Shown here piece after piece: positions 41,706 through 53,354 of a DNA stretch of 64,000 nt. Origin of the DNA: Guillardia theta CCMP2712 (lineage: Eukaryota; Protista; Cryptophyta). Numbering within the stretch: position 1 is the first letter of the stretch; the number at the start of each line of letters is the position of its first letter. The position numbers and the translations under genes are program-made. The stretch covers positions 277,139-341,138 of the forward strand of contig NW_005434658.1 of the NCBI RefSeq assembly GCF_000315625.1. The letters run 5' to 3'. A model generated the notes under the pieces. It worked only from the letters and a program-made list of their open reading frames with translations, searched no databases and had not been told where the DNA came from.

Positions 41706-44700
41706 ATGGCGGGCGATCCAGGAGGAAAGGACGAGAGACCTGCAGGTAACAGTCCATGGCATCACAATTCCACAAGAATCTCACAATGTCGCTGTTTTCC
41801 ATACCATCATCCTGCTCTCCGCTATCCTCACCAATAGATCGACTTCAATCAGGGCACAGGTCATGCTCGGGTCGCTTTCGGTCTGTTCACCCCATCACTT
41901 GCTTTCAATGTGACTAGCATAACAACCAAATCCATGCGCTTTTGTCATGGCACGATCAAAACAACAACTTTGTCGCTCTGACATGCATGATTCTGCGGGT
42001 GACAACCTTTGGTTCATTGTGTCACATATCGCAAGAGCTCGCACAGGCCCGTGCGAAGCATATGATTCATGCATTACATTATGGTGTACACCTGCTCTTG
42101 AGTGTATCAGGATGTTCAAGACTTGTTCGCTGCCTCCCACCCCCAATGCCTGCATGACAATGTTTTTTGCAGGCTGAATTCGACAAGAATCGGGAGGTCC
42201 TTACGAAACAGCTAGAACACCGGCAGGCAAACCTTGTAAAGCTTCAAGAAAAGAAAGACCTGGCTGTCCTGGAGGTCATGGACGATGGCAGCACTGAAGA
42301 CGAGAGTAGCCGCGCTGTAAGGCAGACCAATGCCTCGACCATGCAGGAAAGGGGCAATAAACACCTTGCGGTGCAGTGGGGAAAGCCCCAGCCAAAACGA
42401 CGGATAGTCACTTTCAGAGTGAACTCTATAGAAAAGATTGAGAAGCCTGTGATTGTTCGCTTCCTTGTTGCAAGCCGTGTTGATGGATCCGTAGGTGTTC
42501 AACATGCCTAGAGTGCCTGCTTACCCCTGCTACCGTTCGTGGACCACCCTAGCTCGTAACATGTCAGTAACATACTGAGCACTGAGAACAAAGTGGATGG
42601 TTGATGGCATGCTGAATCTCAGGTTTGTGGACGATGACCCAGTCTTGCGATCTCTCCCATATTTCGGAGAGCAGGATGAAGGACCCTTGGAGTTCTTCGA
42701 GCGAGGGTGCCCTGCCTGTTGTTCCACTGTCGTCCCTGAACAGTTTGTGCAGGTATGAATCAATACTTGCCGACACGAGCAAGTACAGCGATGTGGATGT
42801 TCTAGTGGATCCCAGAAGGTTTTCTTGTGGAATGGTTGTGAAGTTTCTGATATCTTCCTTAGAGTTTGCTTTCGAAAGTTGATCGACTCAATCTTCAAGA
42901 AGTGTGGAGTTTGCTCATTTGTTGAGATCCCTTGTGTAATCACAATGGCAGGTTTGGTGAAAGTCATGAGACCCTTGTCGAGCTCTGTGATGTCTTGAAC
43001 GACATTGAGGTTGTATGCTTAGATTGACTTTTCCTGAGCCGTTGACGGCTGAATGTGTCTTGAGTAGAAAAGTGAGGAGAATCGGGGCGAGCAAGGTTTC
43101 AGTGAGCAAGAACCGGAGATGAAAGTGAGCGATAATGCTGTGGTGAAAGTCTCTTTCACTGTGGAGAATGAGGTTAGCCTTGTGAATCTACCCAGGAAGC
43201 AAATGTTCATCAGCTTGACAGGATGTGAACGTTCACACGCGTCTTGGGGGGGAGGAGAGATTTTCCGCTTGCAGTGACAAGCTCAGCCATTCTGATAGAC
43301 CTGAGCTGCAACATCAGCAACAGATACCTGCTGACGATCTGCTGGATTGTGCGCATGAATCCCGTCCACAAGAGCAGAAGAAAGAGCCTAAGGGTCATTC
43401 GAAAAGGCGAGGTCGCCCCAGCATCGCAGCGAATTTTCACGTGTGGACCATTAAGGTTGTCAGCAGGAGCTCTCTGGTGTGTCGGCTTGACTGTCATGAC
43501 AGGAGATCATGGATGAAAAAGATATCTTGAAGAAGGAGCAGGTGGACAAAGTTGTGACCGAGGATCAAAACCAAGTATGTTGTTGTTTGTTGTGCCCTCG
43601 CGTTGGACAGGAACGACATTCTAGTCGCCGGCGGTGACTTTGGCTTGCTTCAGGGCCCCATAGGCGAAGATACGTACAGAACGTTGTTCTGCAGGTCGAA
43701 GCACTACTCTGTGCCTGACAAACACTGATGCTGAATGGGTTCAGGCGCTGCTTTCGTTACGATTGTAACGCCCATGGAATAGCCCAGCCCATGCCCATGG
43801 TAAGGCTTCAGGCAGTGAACATATTGTGGGTAACATGTCATGAAAACAGGCGAGACCGACGGTCATCTCGCGAAGTGATGGGACATGGGAGGAAGAAGGA
43901 GTGAATGGTGGAAATGCCGAGCATCGAGACGCAGGGGTCGTTGACAGCAACTTAGATAGAAGGGGAGCAGGGGAAATAGGAAAGAGCGAGGGAGCAGATG
44001 CATCACCCCATGATGAAGCGAATAGAATCGACAAGAAGAGGGAGCTAGCGCTCGAGACAGTTATGCGGATCTGTGGGAACGACTTTCAGACCGCCTCGAG
44101 GCTTCTCGGGGAAGAGTGGAAGGAAAGGGAGATTTATCGCTTCATGAAGGACCAGGTAGACAGATCGAGGCAGTGTCTTGCTCTCCCTCTGACATGTCCA
44201 ACTCTCGCTACAGGGCTGGCTGGAAATGTTGCACAAACTTGCGCTGTCAAGGTCGAGTGACAACAACGATCAGCCAGTGGTACACCAGGCGCCAGCGGAG
44301 GCGATGGCAGCAGCAGGGACTGATCAGGAAGAGGACGTAAAGCAACAGGATAAAACTTCTCCAGATTTCAAGAACCGGCTCTCGAACGTCGTCTACGACG
44401 ACGACGTCAGGAGCGAGGTTTACAACGCAGGCTTGACGCACGAGAAGAGGAGGAAGATACAGAAGGTATTGGGTGACCAGGAGATGTCGAGCTGCCGCTG
44501 CTGAATGCCAGTACAGGCGAGAATGAACACCATCACCTACAAGAAACGTCGGACGCTCTCCGGACTCCAGGTTTCCACTTCCGCCCTCGTTGCTTCCCTT
44601 CTGGCACCTGTGGAATTGCTCTCCCCTGCTTCTCTCGCACCTTGTTGCTGCTTCCCCTCCTGGCTGCTACCTCCTGTTCTGTCTCCTCACTGACTCGTCC

Positions 44701-46327
44701 TACCTTGTCAGCCTCCCTTCACACCCTGCGAGTGCGGAAACCAGGGGAAACCCTGCCTGCCAGATCAGGTGAGATTCCTACAGCAATTCTGAGGAGGGAG
44801 GGAGGCTGGGAGAGTTTCGAGCATCTGAGCATATTTCTCGGCAGTGCTCCTGCATCGAAGCCGGAAATTTCTGCGAGAAGCAGTGCAGTTGCCATGCCGA
44901 CTGTGTTTATCGCTTCCCGGGTACGGGCGAGCAGAAGGGGCTGAGAGGTTGTGACGTGGCTGCCTTGCGCAGGTTGTCAGTGCAAGAGGGAGAACAAGAG
45001 GTGTAGAACGAGCGCCTGCCCGTGCTACGCAGCCAACAGGGAGTGTGATCCAGATTCGTGCCTGTGCGGAGCGAGCCAGGTGCTCAGTTTTCCTGCTTTT
45101 CTTCATTTGTCTCCTCTGTTCCCCTGCCTGCATGTGAAAGGCGATCTCGCTCCCTCTTGCCTCAGCTCCTCCGTCCTCCTCTCTCCTGCCTCCTCCCTTG
45201 ACACAGATGGTACCAGCTTCAGAACTTCTTCGGGCCCCCAAGGAGCTCGCATGCAAGGAGGGTAGCGGACACGAGCAGCGAGCAGGAGGACTCGCCGGTG
45301 AAATGCGGCTCGAGCTCGAGCATTGGCGAGTGCTGCAATACCAACCTGCTTCAACGAGTACTCTGCTGCTCTTGCTGGAGCTGCCGGGGGCTGACCATTC
45401 TTGCAGCGGCATGCTCGGCTGCGCATGGGAATCAGCGACGTGTCTGGCTGGGGCCTGTTCTCCTCCGACGACCTTGAGAAGGACGAGTTCATCTACGAAT
45501 ACATGGGTCGTTAGGAGCGTGAGAGGCTGAGGGCTGAAGGGACTGTGTGCAGGGGAGTTGATATCGCACGAGGAGGCGGACAGGAGGGGGTACATCTACG
45601 ACAAGATGCGGTACAGCTACCTGTTCAACCTCAACGAGGTAAGGAGAGGAGGTGGAGGGGAGACTGGCAGAGGGAAGGTGAGCGTGGTAGAACAAGAGGG
45701 AGGATCAAGATGGGCAGAATGTTTTGGAGGAGCATTCATAGAGGGGAGGAGGGAGGAGGGAGGAGGGAGGAGGGATCTTTGTGCGAGGGGAGAGTTTCGG
45801 AGGAGGACCCATGTTTCATCTCCTTGATTCCTTGTAGAGCACAGTAGTCGATGCATCGAGGAAGGGAAACAAGACCAGGTTTGCAAACCACAGCAGCCAT
45901 CCTAACTGCTAGTACGTCCCTGCTCCTGCCACGTGTGTCCCCGTCTAACCTGCGACCGTGAAGTTGCAAGATCATGCTGGTCAACGGGGAGCATCGCATC
46001 GGAGTGTACGCCAAGGAGGTAAGGAGGGAGGGAGGGAGGGTCAGGAAGAGAGCGGGAGAAAGAGAGCGGGAGGAGTGACAGTGGGCAGAGAAGGAGATGG
46101 GGAAGTGGCAAGACAGGCAGGGAAAGGAATCCAACAGGCTGGTCGCAGGCGATTACTAGCGGGGACGAACTATTCTACGACTACCGGCATGGACTAGCCT
46201 ATGACGTCGGTAAGCTCCTTCCGCCTCCTCCTTGCTTCTCCCCTCCTGCTACCCAACTCTTGACCCCTTGCCCTGATCCAACGCCATTGCAGGGCTCTCA
46301 GCAGTTCCAGATTGGATGGAGCGATGA
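41706..46327 (+). CDS. Enhancer-of-zeste/CLF-like histone H3K27 methyltransferase (CXC + SET), many exons
   Basis: CXC segments [19 protein letters not shown] and [15 protein letters not shown]; SET GWGLF...[64 protein letters not shown]; ends AVPDWMER*. Start uncertain. Confidence 0.9.
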
Positions 46328-46559
46328 TGATGGGGCACGGGGAAGAGGAGGGAGGGAGGGGATGGGGATGGGGGAGGGGAACGACATAACTAACGTGAAT
46401 GAAGGTGTCAATGTATTCTTAGACGCTGATCTCTCGTTGCCGACCACACGGTTCGAGATCGTTGGTTCTTTGCCTTCTCCCCCTCCCCCCGGTGCTGGGC
46501 TCGTCAGGCGAGAAACACGGCTGAGCTGGGGCTTAGCTGGCGATCGAAATTTGACCTGC

Positions 46560-46758
46560 TCACTTCCCGCACATCTTGAGCAGACCTGCGACCATAGACT
46601 ACCGGAAGGTTCAGGCAGATAGATGGAAGCGGGGATAGAAGTAGGGTAGGAGGGAGGAGAGGAGGGGAGGAGAGGGGAAGCGAACATCTTCATATACCTC
46701 TTTGGCATGAACAGAAACTGGAGACTCACCCTGTGAGCTAGTGAGTGAGAAGAAGGAT

Positions 46759-46791
<33 letters not shown>

Positions 46792-48626
46792 TCCTCCTCC
46801 TCCTCCTATCCCCCGCTCTTTTCTCTAGTCCCTCCCCCCTCCTCACCAGGTAAATGTCAAACATAGCCTTGCAAAGAGGAGCTGACGAAAATGTTTTCTT
46901 CTGTCCAAGAGCTGAAACCTGCACCAACCCATCTCAGCTTCACCGCCCTCTACCACCCCCTGCTTTTCCTCTCCCACGGACCCCTCTTCCTTCCTCCATT
47001 TGCCAACCTGGAGGTCACTTCCCATCTGGATGAAGTCGATCTCATTGTTCGTCTCCAACTTGCTCATCGAGCCGAAGAAGCTGCGAGGACTCTTGAGAAC
47101 GGAGCAGAGGAAGCATGAACAAACACCCTGCAAGAGGGAAGCGGAAGAGGAAAAGGAAGACATGGAAATAGAGGAGGAGGAGGAGGAGGAGGAGGAGGAG
47201 GAGGAGGAGGAGGAGGAGGAGGAGGAGGAGGAGGAGGAGGAGGAGGAGGAGGAGGAGGAGGAGAAGGTACGCATGTGCAGCACGGAAGAAGGAGAGGCGA
47301 CTTTGATGTTTCACCTCTTGAACGCATCCAACGGCGCATCTGTCCCCTTGACCCTGCGGTGAGTTCAGAGCCCAGGCGACTCCCACCAGCCTCCCAGCTC
47401 GCAGCTACCTGGGCTCAAGAGACTCCGCAAGCGCATTTCCGATCTTCTCAGCTCCAACTAGTGGAGAAGGTAAGGAGGAGAAGGGGAGCGAGGGAGGGGA
47501 GAGGGGAGAGGGGGACAAGAAGAAGGATTCCAATGACTCGACAGCAAGTACACGTGTAACGAGCAAAGACATGAGGGCGCCTAGCAGAAACGAAGAGGAG
47601 GAGGAGGAGAAGGTGGTGGCAGCGGTGGCGGTGGAGGACTGGCAGAGGAGGCAAGGAGAGAGGAGGGAGGAGGGAGGAGGGAGGAGGGAGGAGGGAGGAG
47701 GGACTGGTTGGAACCGGTTCGAGCCATGACGATCTTGAGCGCTTTAGGGTACGAGCCCTCTAGGAGGGCCTTATTCGCAGACTTCTCGTCCTTGGGAGCC
47801 GCCGCCTGAAGCACTGAGTCAACAGACGCAGACTCGTCTCTCCCTGTCCTACTCATAGACTGCTCTGAACCTCCTGTCCCTCCTTTTCCAACCCTCCACT
47901 TCCCCATTCCCCCCCTTCAACAACCTCCCTTCTCGTTCTATTTGCTGTGCTCTCCTCTCTTCTTCTCCTCTCCTCTCCTCTCCTCTCCTCTCCTCTCCTC
48001 TCCTCTCCTCTCCTCTCCTCTCTCCACCTTTGCAGCGTCGGAGTCAACGTACATCCCCACCGCGTACACATTCACAGCAACGGGCCCCAGGATAGCCTTC
48101 TTCCTCTCGCCAGCTCCAATGAACTGCAAGCAAAGTGAGATGAGCATGCCGGACCAGCAAGAGCAAGCAGAACCTTTAGGAGCTTTGAACCTGCCTTGAC
48201 GGTCTCCGGGAAAGTGATTCCTGTCCGAACGATCGTTAGAATCAAAAGCGAAGGACATGTATGCATTGGGTACACGCTCACTGGAAAACCGCCAGCCTCT
48301 ACAGGAAGCAGCGCAGAGTATAGCAGGGAGGGGAGAGGGTGGGAAGAAGAGGAAATCATAATCATGATAATAGACAGGACTCTCCATAAGATCATCTTGT
48401 TCACATCCATGAAAATGTTGCGATCTTGTACTCTACCTGTGTGTTTCTCAACAAATCCCGATCCTCCTCGTAGGCGGTTCGCCAGCGCACCGCCCTGCTG
48501 AGCCTGCGCGACCAGGAGGGGGGAGGAACGTGCATAGGGGCTGAGGGACGAGGATGCAGGGAGAGAGAGGCCGCCTTCTCCTCTGCATGCCGCCAGTGCC
48601 GCCACGATAGTTAGCGCCTTCAGCAT
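46560..48626 (-). CDS. Chalcone-isomerase-fold (FAP/CHI-like) protein with a signal peptide and RLRGG motif, multi-exon
   Basis: VEKHTG|ITFPE, FIGAGERKKAILGPVAVNVYAVGMYVD, LCKAMFDIYL|GESPVS. Leader is MLKALTIVAALAACRG...ANRLRGG. Confidence 0.85.
47171..47263. repeat. (GAG)n microsatellite, intronic
   Basis: About 30 perfect GAG units. Confidence 0.97.
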
Positions 48627-49501
48627 TGTTGTATCGAAATCTGGATCCTTTGTGGAGTGGCAGAGCAAAACCGATATTTGGATCTTATCTCAAATATATG
48701 TAAATTTTGACCAAATTTATTTTGAAAATATAATATATTATGAGAAATAATTTCAAACTCAAAGTTCCAAGACCCTCAGTGATAATCCTATGAAACACAC
48801 ATAAACAGGGTGGTCTCAGTTGTGACTAAATCGATTCAAATCTGATACAGGTCAATTTGAATCAATTCAGTCCATTCCGTCCGATCTCCCCCACCTGGGG
48901 AAATTCAGCACGACTCACAAATATGAGAGAATTTGAGAAAAATGTTGAAATTCTTTTCAACAATTTCAACATTTTTATTTTACAGGAACATGATTTCATT
49001 CACCCTACCCCTCAGATCTGGAATTTTCTCCCTACACAGCTCCCTACACCTCATCCACAATGGCAGGATACTGCTTGAGAGTGGGTTCATGGCTTCGCTT
49101 GTCCGATAGCGGCCATGCTGTTCCTACCTGCCATGGCTTCCTTCTCCGATCATACTACGTCGCCCCACCACCGTTTGTTGCCTCCCACCCCCTTGATTCC
49201 CTTGTTGCTACGTCCTGTTTTCCAACGATTCACATCCCCCAACCACCTCCCCTGCCACCTTGCAGCCCACTGATCTCCCGCCTCGTCCTCATGCTGTTCT
49301 TGTCTCTCATGCCGCATGCTGCCGTATGCCAATCTAGTCATTGAAACCCCCTCTACATTTCGGAGATTTCGAATGCAAATGAGTTTACACGAGATAGGGT
49401 CGGAATGAGTATGGACACGCTTGTACAACAGCAAAGTTTTTGAGAGCATAGCTTGTATTTTACATGCATTGTAATCTCATTTCCAGGACCACCTCCAAGA
49501 C

Positions 49502-51019
49502 ATGAAGAAACTTATAAACAAGCTTGAGAAGGTAACCGGAGTTGATATCGACGGGGATGGCAAGATTGCTGGAAAGCATCAAGTGCACCATGGGCATCAT
49601 GGGCATCATACCGGATACGTTCAGAATGTCCACAACAACACGGGGAATATTGCGCAGCATCCTGCAGCAGGGTACGCACAGGCGCCTGCTGGGACGGAGT
49701 GTCTGCCGGCTGGGTGGGAGAAGAAGTTCGACCCTTCCATCAGGCGTTACTTCTACGTGAACCACAACAACCAGACCACCCAGTGGGAGCCTCCGGCTCA
49801 GGCCCAGCAGGGGTACTACGGCCAGAGCCCAGCCAACAACTCGTGCGGGTCGTGCGGGAGCGTAGTGGAAGCGAACGCGCGCTTCTGCCCCAACTGCGGG
49901 ACGGCAATAAGTGGGTTGGGGGCCCAGCCCAATGCACACCAGCTTCAGTCTCTCTCAGCTCAGTGGAAGCCTACCAACTTCTCCAACTTCCAGATGTACA
50001 ACAACAACGGTACCGTAGGCTACTCGCAGGCCGTCACGCAGCCGGTGAATACTCTGATACACAGCAGCGGCAGGAAGAAAGCTCTTCTGATCGGGATCAA
50101 CTATGCAGGGACTCGCAATGCGTTGCGGGGTTGCATCAATGACGTGGAAAACATGCAGCAGCTGCTCCGAAAGGAGGGATTTCGCCGAGAGGAGATGGTG
50201 ATCCTGACAGACGACGGAAGAGGCGATGCGATGCCAACAAGGAACGAAATCCTGCGGGCTTGTCAATGGCTGGTAGCTGGAGCAGGGCTAGGGGACGTCT
50301 TGTTCTTTCACTTCAGCGGTCACGGCTCTCAGCAGCGGGACGACAGCGGGATGGAGTCTGATGGATACAACGAGACCATTGTTCCCTGCGACATGCAGCA
50401 GATCGTGGACGATGAACTGTGGAACAACCTGGTCTTCCCTCTCCCCAGCGGTGTCCGGCTGACCGCTGTGATGGATTGCTGTCACTCGGGGACAGGCCTG
50501 GATCTCCCGTTCACATGGAAGCACAACCGATGGTTGGAGGACGAGAACCCTTCCCACTCTTGCGGAGACGTCCAGCTGTTTTCGGGCTGCCAGGACGACC
50601 AGACCTCGTCGGATGGTGACGTTGAGAAGTTCAAGATCGGCGGGGCCATGACCAACGCCTTCATCCGTGCTTACAATGCCCAGCCCTTCCAGACTTACCC
50701 CGAGTTTCTCAGCCGACTCAAGTCGAACTTGAGGTCTGCAGGTTTCGGTCAGGTTCCTCAGCTCTCGTCGTCTCAGGCCTTCGATGTCAACGAAAAGGTG
50801 TTCTCCCTGGTAGAGGGCATCGTACCCAACACCAATGTCACAATCGGGAGGTTGCAGAGGAGGAAGATTCGCCCCAAGCGCCAATTCTTTGGTATGATGG
50901 ACGAGTCAAACGTGATGGCTGCTGGAGCGATGCTTGGTAAGTGCCGCTGGGAGAGGTTGGCTTGTTCTTACCCTGATGCAGGTGGTCTCATGCTGGCTGA
51001 CGCTCTCTTCGATTTCTAG
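49502..51019 (+). CDS. Type I metacaspase with N-terminal WW and zinc-ribbon domains
   Basis: KKALLIGINY, LRGCINDV, HFSGHG, DCCHSGT, then p10 FSGCQDDQTSSD and QVPQLSS; WW LPAGWEKKFD..RYFYVNHNNQTTQWEPP; CGSCG..FCPNCG. Probable short intron near 50937-50981. Confidence 0.95.
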   Translation: MKKLINKLEKVTGVDIDGDGKIAGKHQVHHGHHGHHTGYVQNVHNNTGNIAQHPAAGYAQAPAGTECLPAGWEKKFDPSIRRYFYVNHNNQTTQWEPPAQAQQGYYGQSPANNSCGSCGSVVEANARFCPNCGTAISGLGAQPNAHQLQSLSAQWKPTNFSNFQMYNNNGTVGYSQAVTQPVNTLIHSSGRKKALLIGINYAGTRNALRGCINDVENMQQLLRKEGFRREEMVILTDDGRGDAMPTRNEILRACQWLVAGAGLGDVLFFHFSGHGSQQRDDSGMESDGYNETIVPCDMQQIVDDELWNNLVFPLPSGVRLTAVMDCCHSGTGLDLPFTWKHNRWLEDENPSHSCGDVQLFSGCQDDQTSSDGDVEKFKIGGAMTNAFIRAYNAQPFQTYPEFLSRLKSNLRSAGFGQVPQLSSSQAFDVNEKVFSLVEGIVPNTNVTIGRLQRRKIRPKRQFFGMMDESNVMAAGAMLGKCRWERLACSYPDAGGLMLADALFDF

Positions 51020-51166
51020 AGTGATTTGAAAATTTGATGAGCAAATTAGCTCATGCGATGTAGAATCTTGATAAATTTAGAACACAAATCCCCGTCCCCC
51101 TCGAGCGCGGTTCTTGCAAATGTTTGATTGTTTATACCGACAGCAACATGCAAAAAGGCTTGCTTA

Positions 51167-53130
51167 TCACAACTGACAAGCATAAACTGCCATGCTCGTC
51201 TTATCACCATAGAGCTGAAAACAATCATGTCAATACATTTCCCGGTGCGGAAAACATGATTTCACCTGGCATCTTGGTCTCTGAAAGTTGCTGGGATTGT
51301 AGATGAAACTGTTCTGGTTAAGCCAGACTCCCACGGGTGCGTCGTGCTGCTCGAAGGACATGAAAGCTTTGAAGTTGCCGCAGAGTCCGCCATATGCATT
51401 CTTGTTGATCTCATCCCAAGTGGGACGATCTGCAACTTCACGTCAACAGCGACAAATCTCGTCAAGAGCGAGTCACCAGCAAACAGAGACATCAGGGCAG
51501 TGGCGTCACTCTCAGTGAACCTCATGTCCGGGGTGAAAGCATTGCAGTTCTCTGCGATGACGTCAGCCTCTACCTTGCATACCCCCTCCCCTTGAGGTCC
51601 AACCAGGCACGTTGTCCGCGTTCTCTTCGAGGAGAGCACCCTTGAAGCAGATACCGCGGTACATCTTTCCTTCCATGGCCGAGCAGAGCCTGCTAACAGA
51701 CTCGCCGAGGGGTCCAGGAGGTCCCTTGGGTCCCTGGGGGCCCTCGTCGCCAGGAGGTCCCTGTGAGCAGATCGTCAGCTGTGCCTTGCATGAGGAGGAG
51801 CATCGTCTGCCTCTTACCTCAGGCCCAGCAGGTCCATGCATTCCTTCATCTCCCTGGGGGCCCTGCGGTCCCTGACGCCCTTTTGGACCCTACGTAGCGG
51901 AACTCGTCAGCTCAGGTCCAGCTCATAGCTTCTCCACTGTGGTCTCCTCGACTCACCGGGATGCCCTTTGGTCCAGGAGGGCCCTGAGGTCCAGGATTTC
52001 CAGGCTGGAGGGAGGGAAATAAGTACAACCCCCCTGTGCTGCATGAAAGAAAATTACCTTGCCAGGAGCACCGTCCTCTCCTGGAATGCCAGGGCGACCA
52101 GGAGGGCCCTCAGGACCAGTCTTCGTCTTGAGGTGGGACACGATCTCCTTGTACTGCTGTCCCTTCTTGAAGATCCTGTCCTTGATCTTCTGGATGACCG
52201 TTTGCATCTTTCTGTCATACTTGTCCACCATTTCCCTCTGCGCAAGACCATCAAGCAAGTTCGAAATCAAGCTTCAGCACTCGGAACGAGTGCAAGGCAA
52301 ACAATGCAAGAGGATAGTTGAAGTGGATCCAACCTGCTGCTCCTGAATGTCCTTAGCCTTGTCGTTGTCCTTCTCAAGCTTGTGTTCCAGTTTCTGGCAG
52401 ACAAACAAGTCAAAACATCGCTGAAGGCAATGCCGACAGGACGACCTTGATCTTCTTCTCTTGCTCGATGCACTCCTTGCATACGGGAACCTTGAGCGGT
52501 CTTGGTCCAATGGTGATAACATTGGGCTGTGCTGGCTCTCCATGATCCGGCAGCTCAACGGGTAGCTCGAAGGACAGAGGGACAGACTCCGGTGCTGCAT
52601 CGGTGTTGGTCGCCATGGTTCCTTCAACCTCGTATTCCTGGTCGAGCTTCTGTCCTTTGGCAAGCTTGATTTGCTTCTTCATCACTGCCTTCTGAAGCAA
52701 TTGCGTGCTCCTCTGCCTGTTCCCGTAATGGGACAAGCCTGTAGGTGCATGGTGACAACGCAGCAGGTCCAGAAACTGACAAAAAATAGAGAAGTGCACA
52801 ACACCATAGCATCAATGTTGCAAAGCATGCAAAAGGGATCACATCATTGGACGATTTCTTCACAGTCCACATCCTGCGCTGCTTGCTGACACATAAGGAC
52901 AGCAAACACCATGGAGCATCAGAAGTTCTAGGAGGGCTGCTGGCAGGAAGGACATTCCTCGCACATACAAACAACACAGACAGCACACACAAGAGATAGG
53001 ATAACAGCACAGACAGGAGATGATAGAAATTTCTCAAGTTCTGACATGCCTCACCTGCGATGATCATCAACAACCCCAGTGCTCCCAGCGCAGCTGCCGC
53101 CATCCCCAGTGCCCGCGCCGAACGGCCCAT
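51167..53130 (-). CDS. Membrane-anchored or secreted collagen-repeat protein with a Cys-containing C-terminal domain, multi-exon
   Basis: N-terminal hydrophobic segment, coiled coil, Gly-X-Y exons ([48 protein letters not shown]), then [15 protein letters not shown] ... MAVYACQL*. Confidence 0.75.
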
Positions 53131-53354
53131 GGCTCGTTGGCTCTTCGTGAGCAATCGGGCTTGAGTGGGGACGAGGGCTGGGTGGATGGGTTGGTCCCTC
53201 ATACCGCACGAACATGTTGGTTACAAGAAACAATAATACAGGCCTGCCTCAAATATTATATAATAAAATGTAAAAGGCAGTGTTTATTGTTAAGAAGCTC
53301 AAAATTAGTTCGGTAAAAACGAGGCGGGGGCAGCAGGACCAGGAGGAATCCGCA

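Noticed and set aside
47000-47362. Poly-Glu, poly-Leu and poly-Pro ORFs
   Set aside because: (GAG)n tract within an intron of the CHI-fold gene
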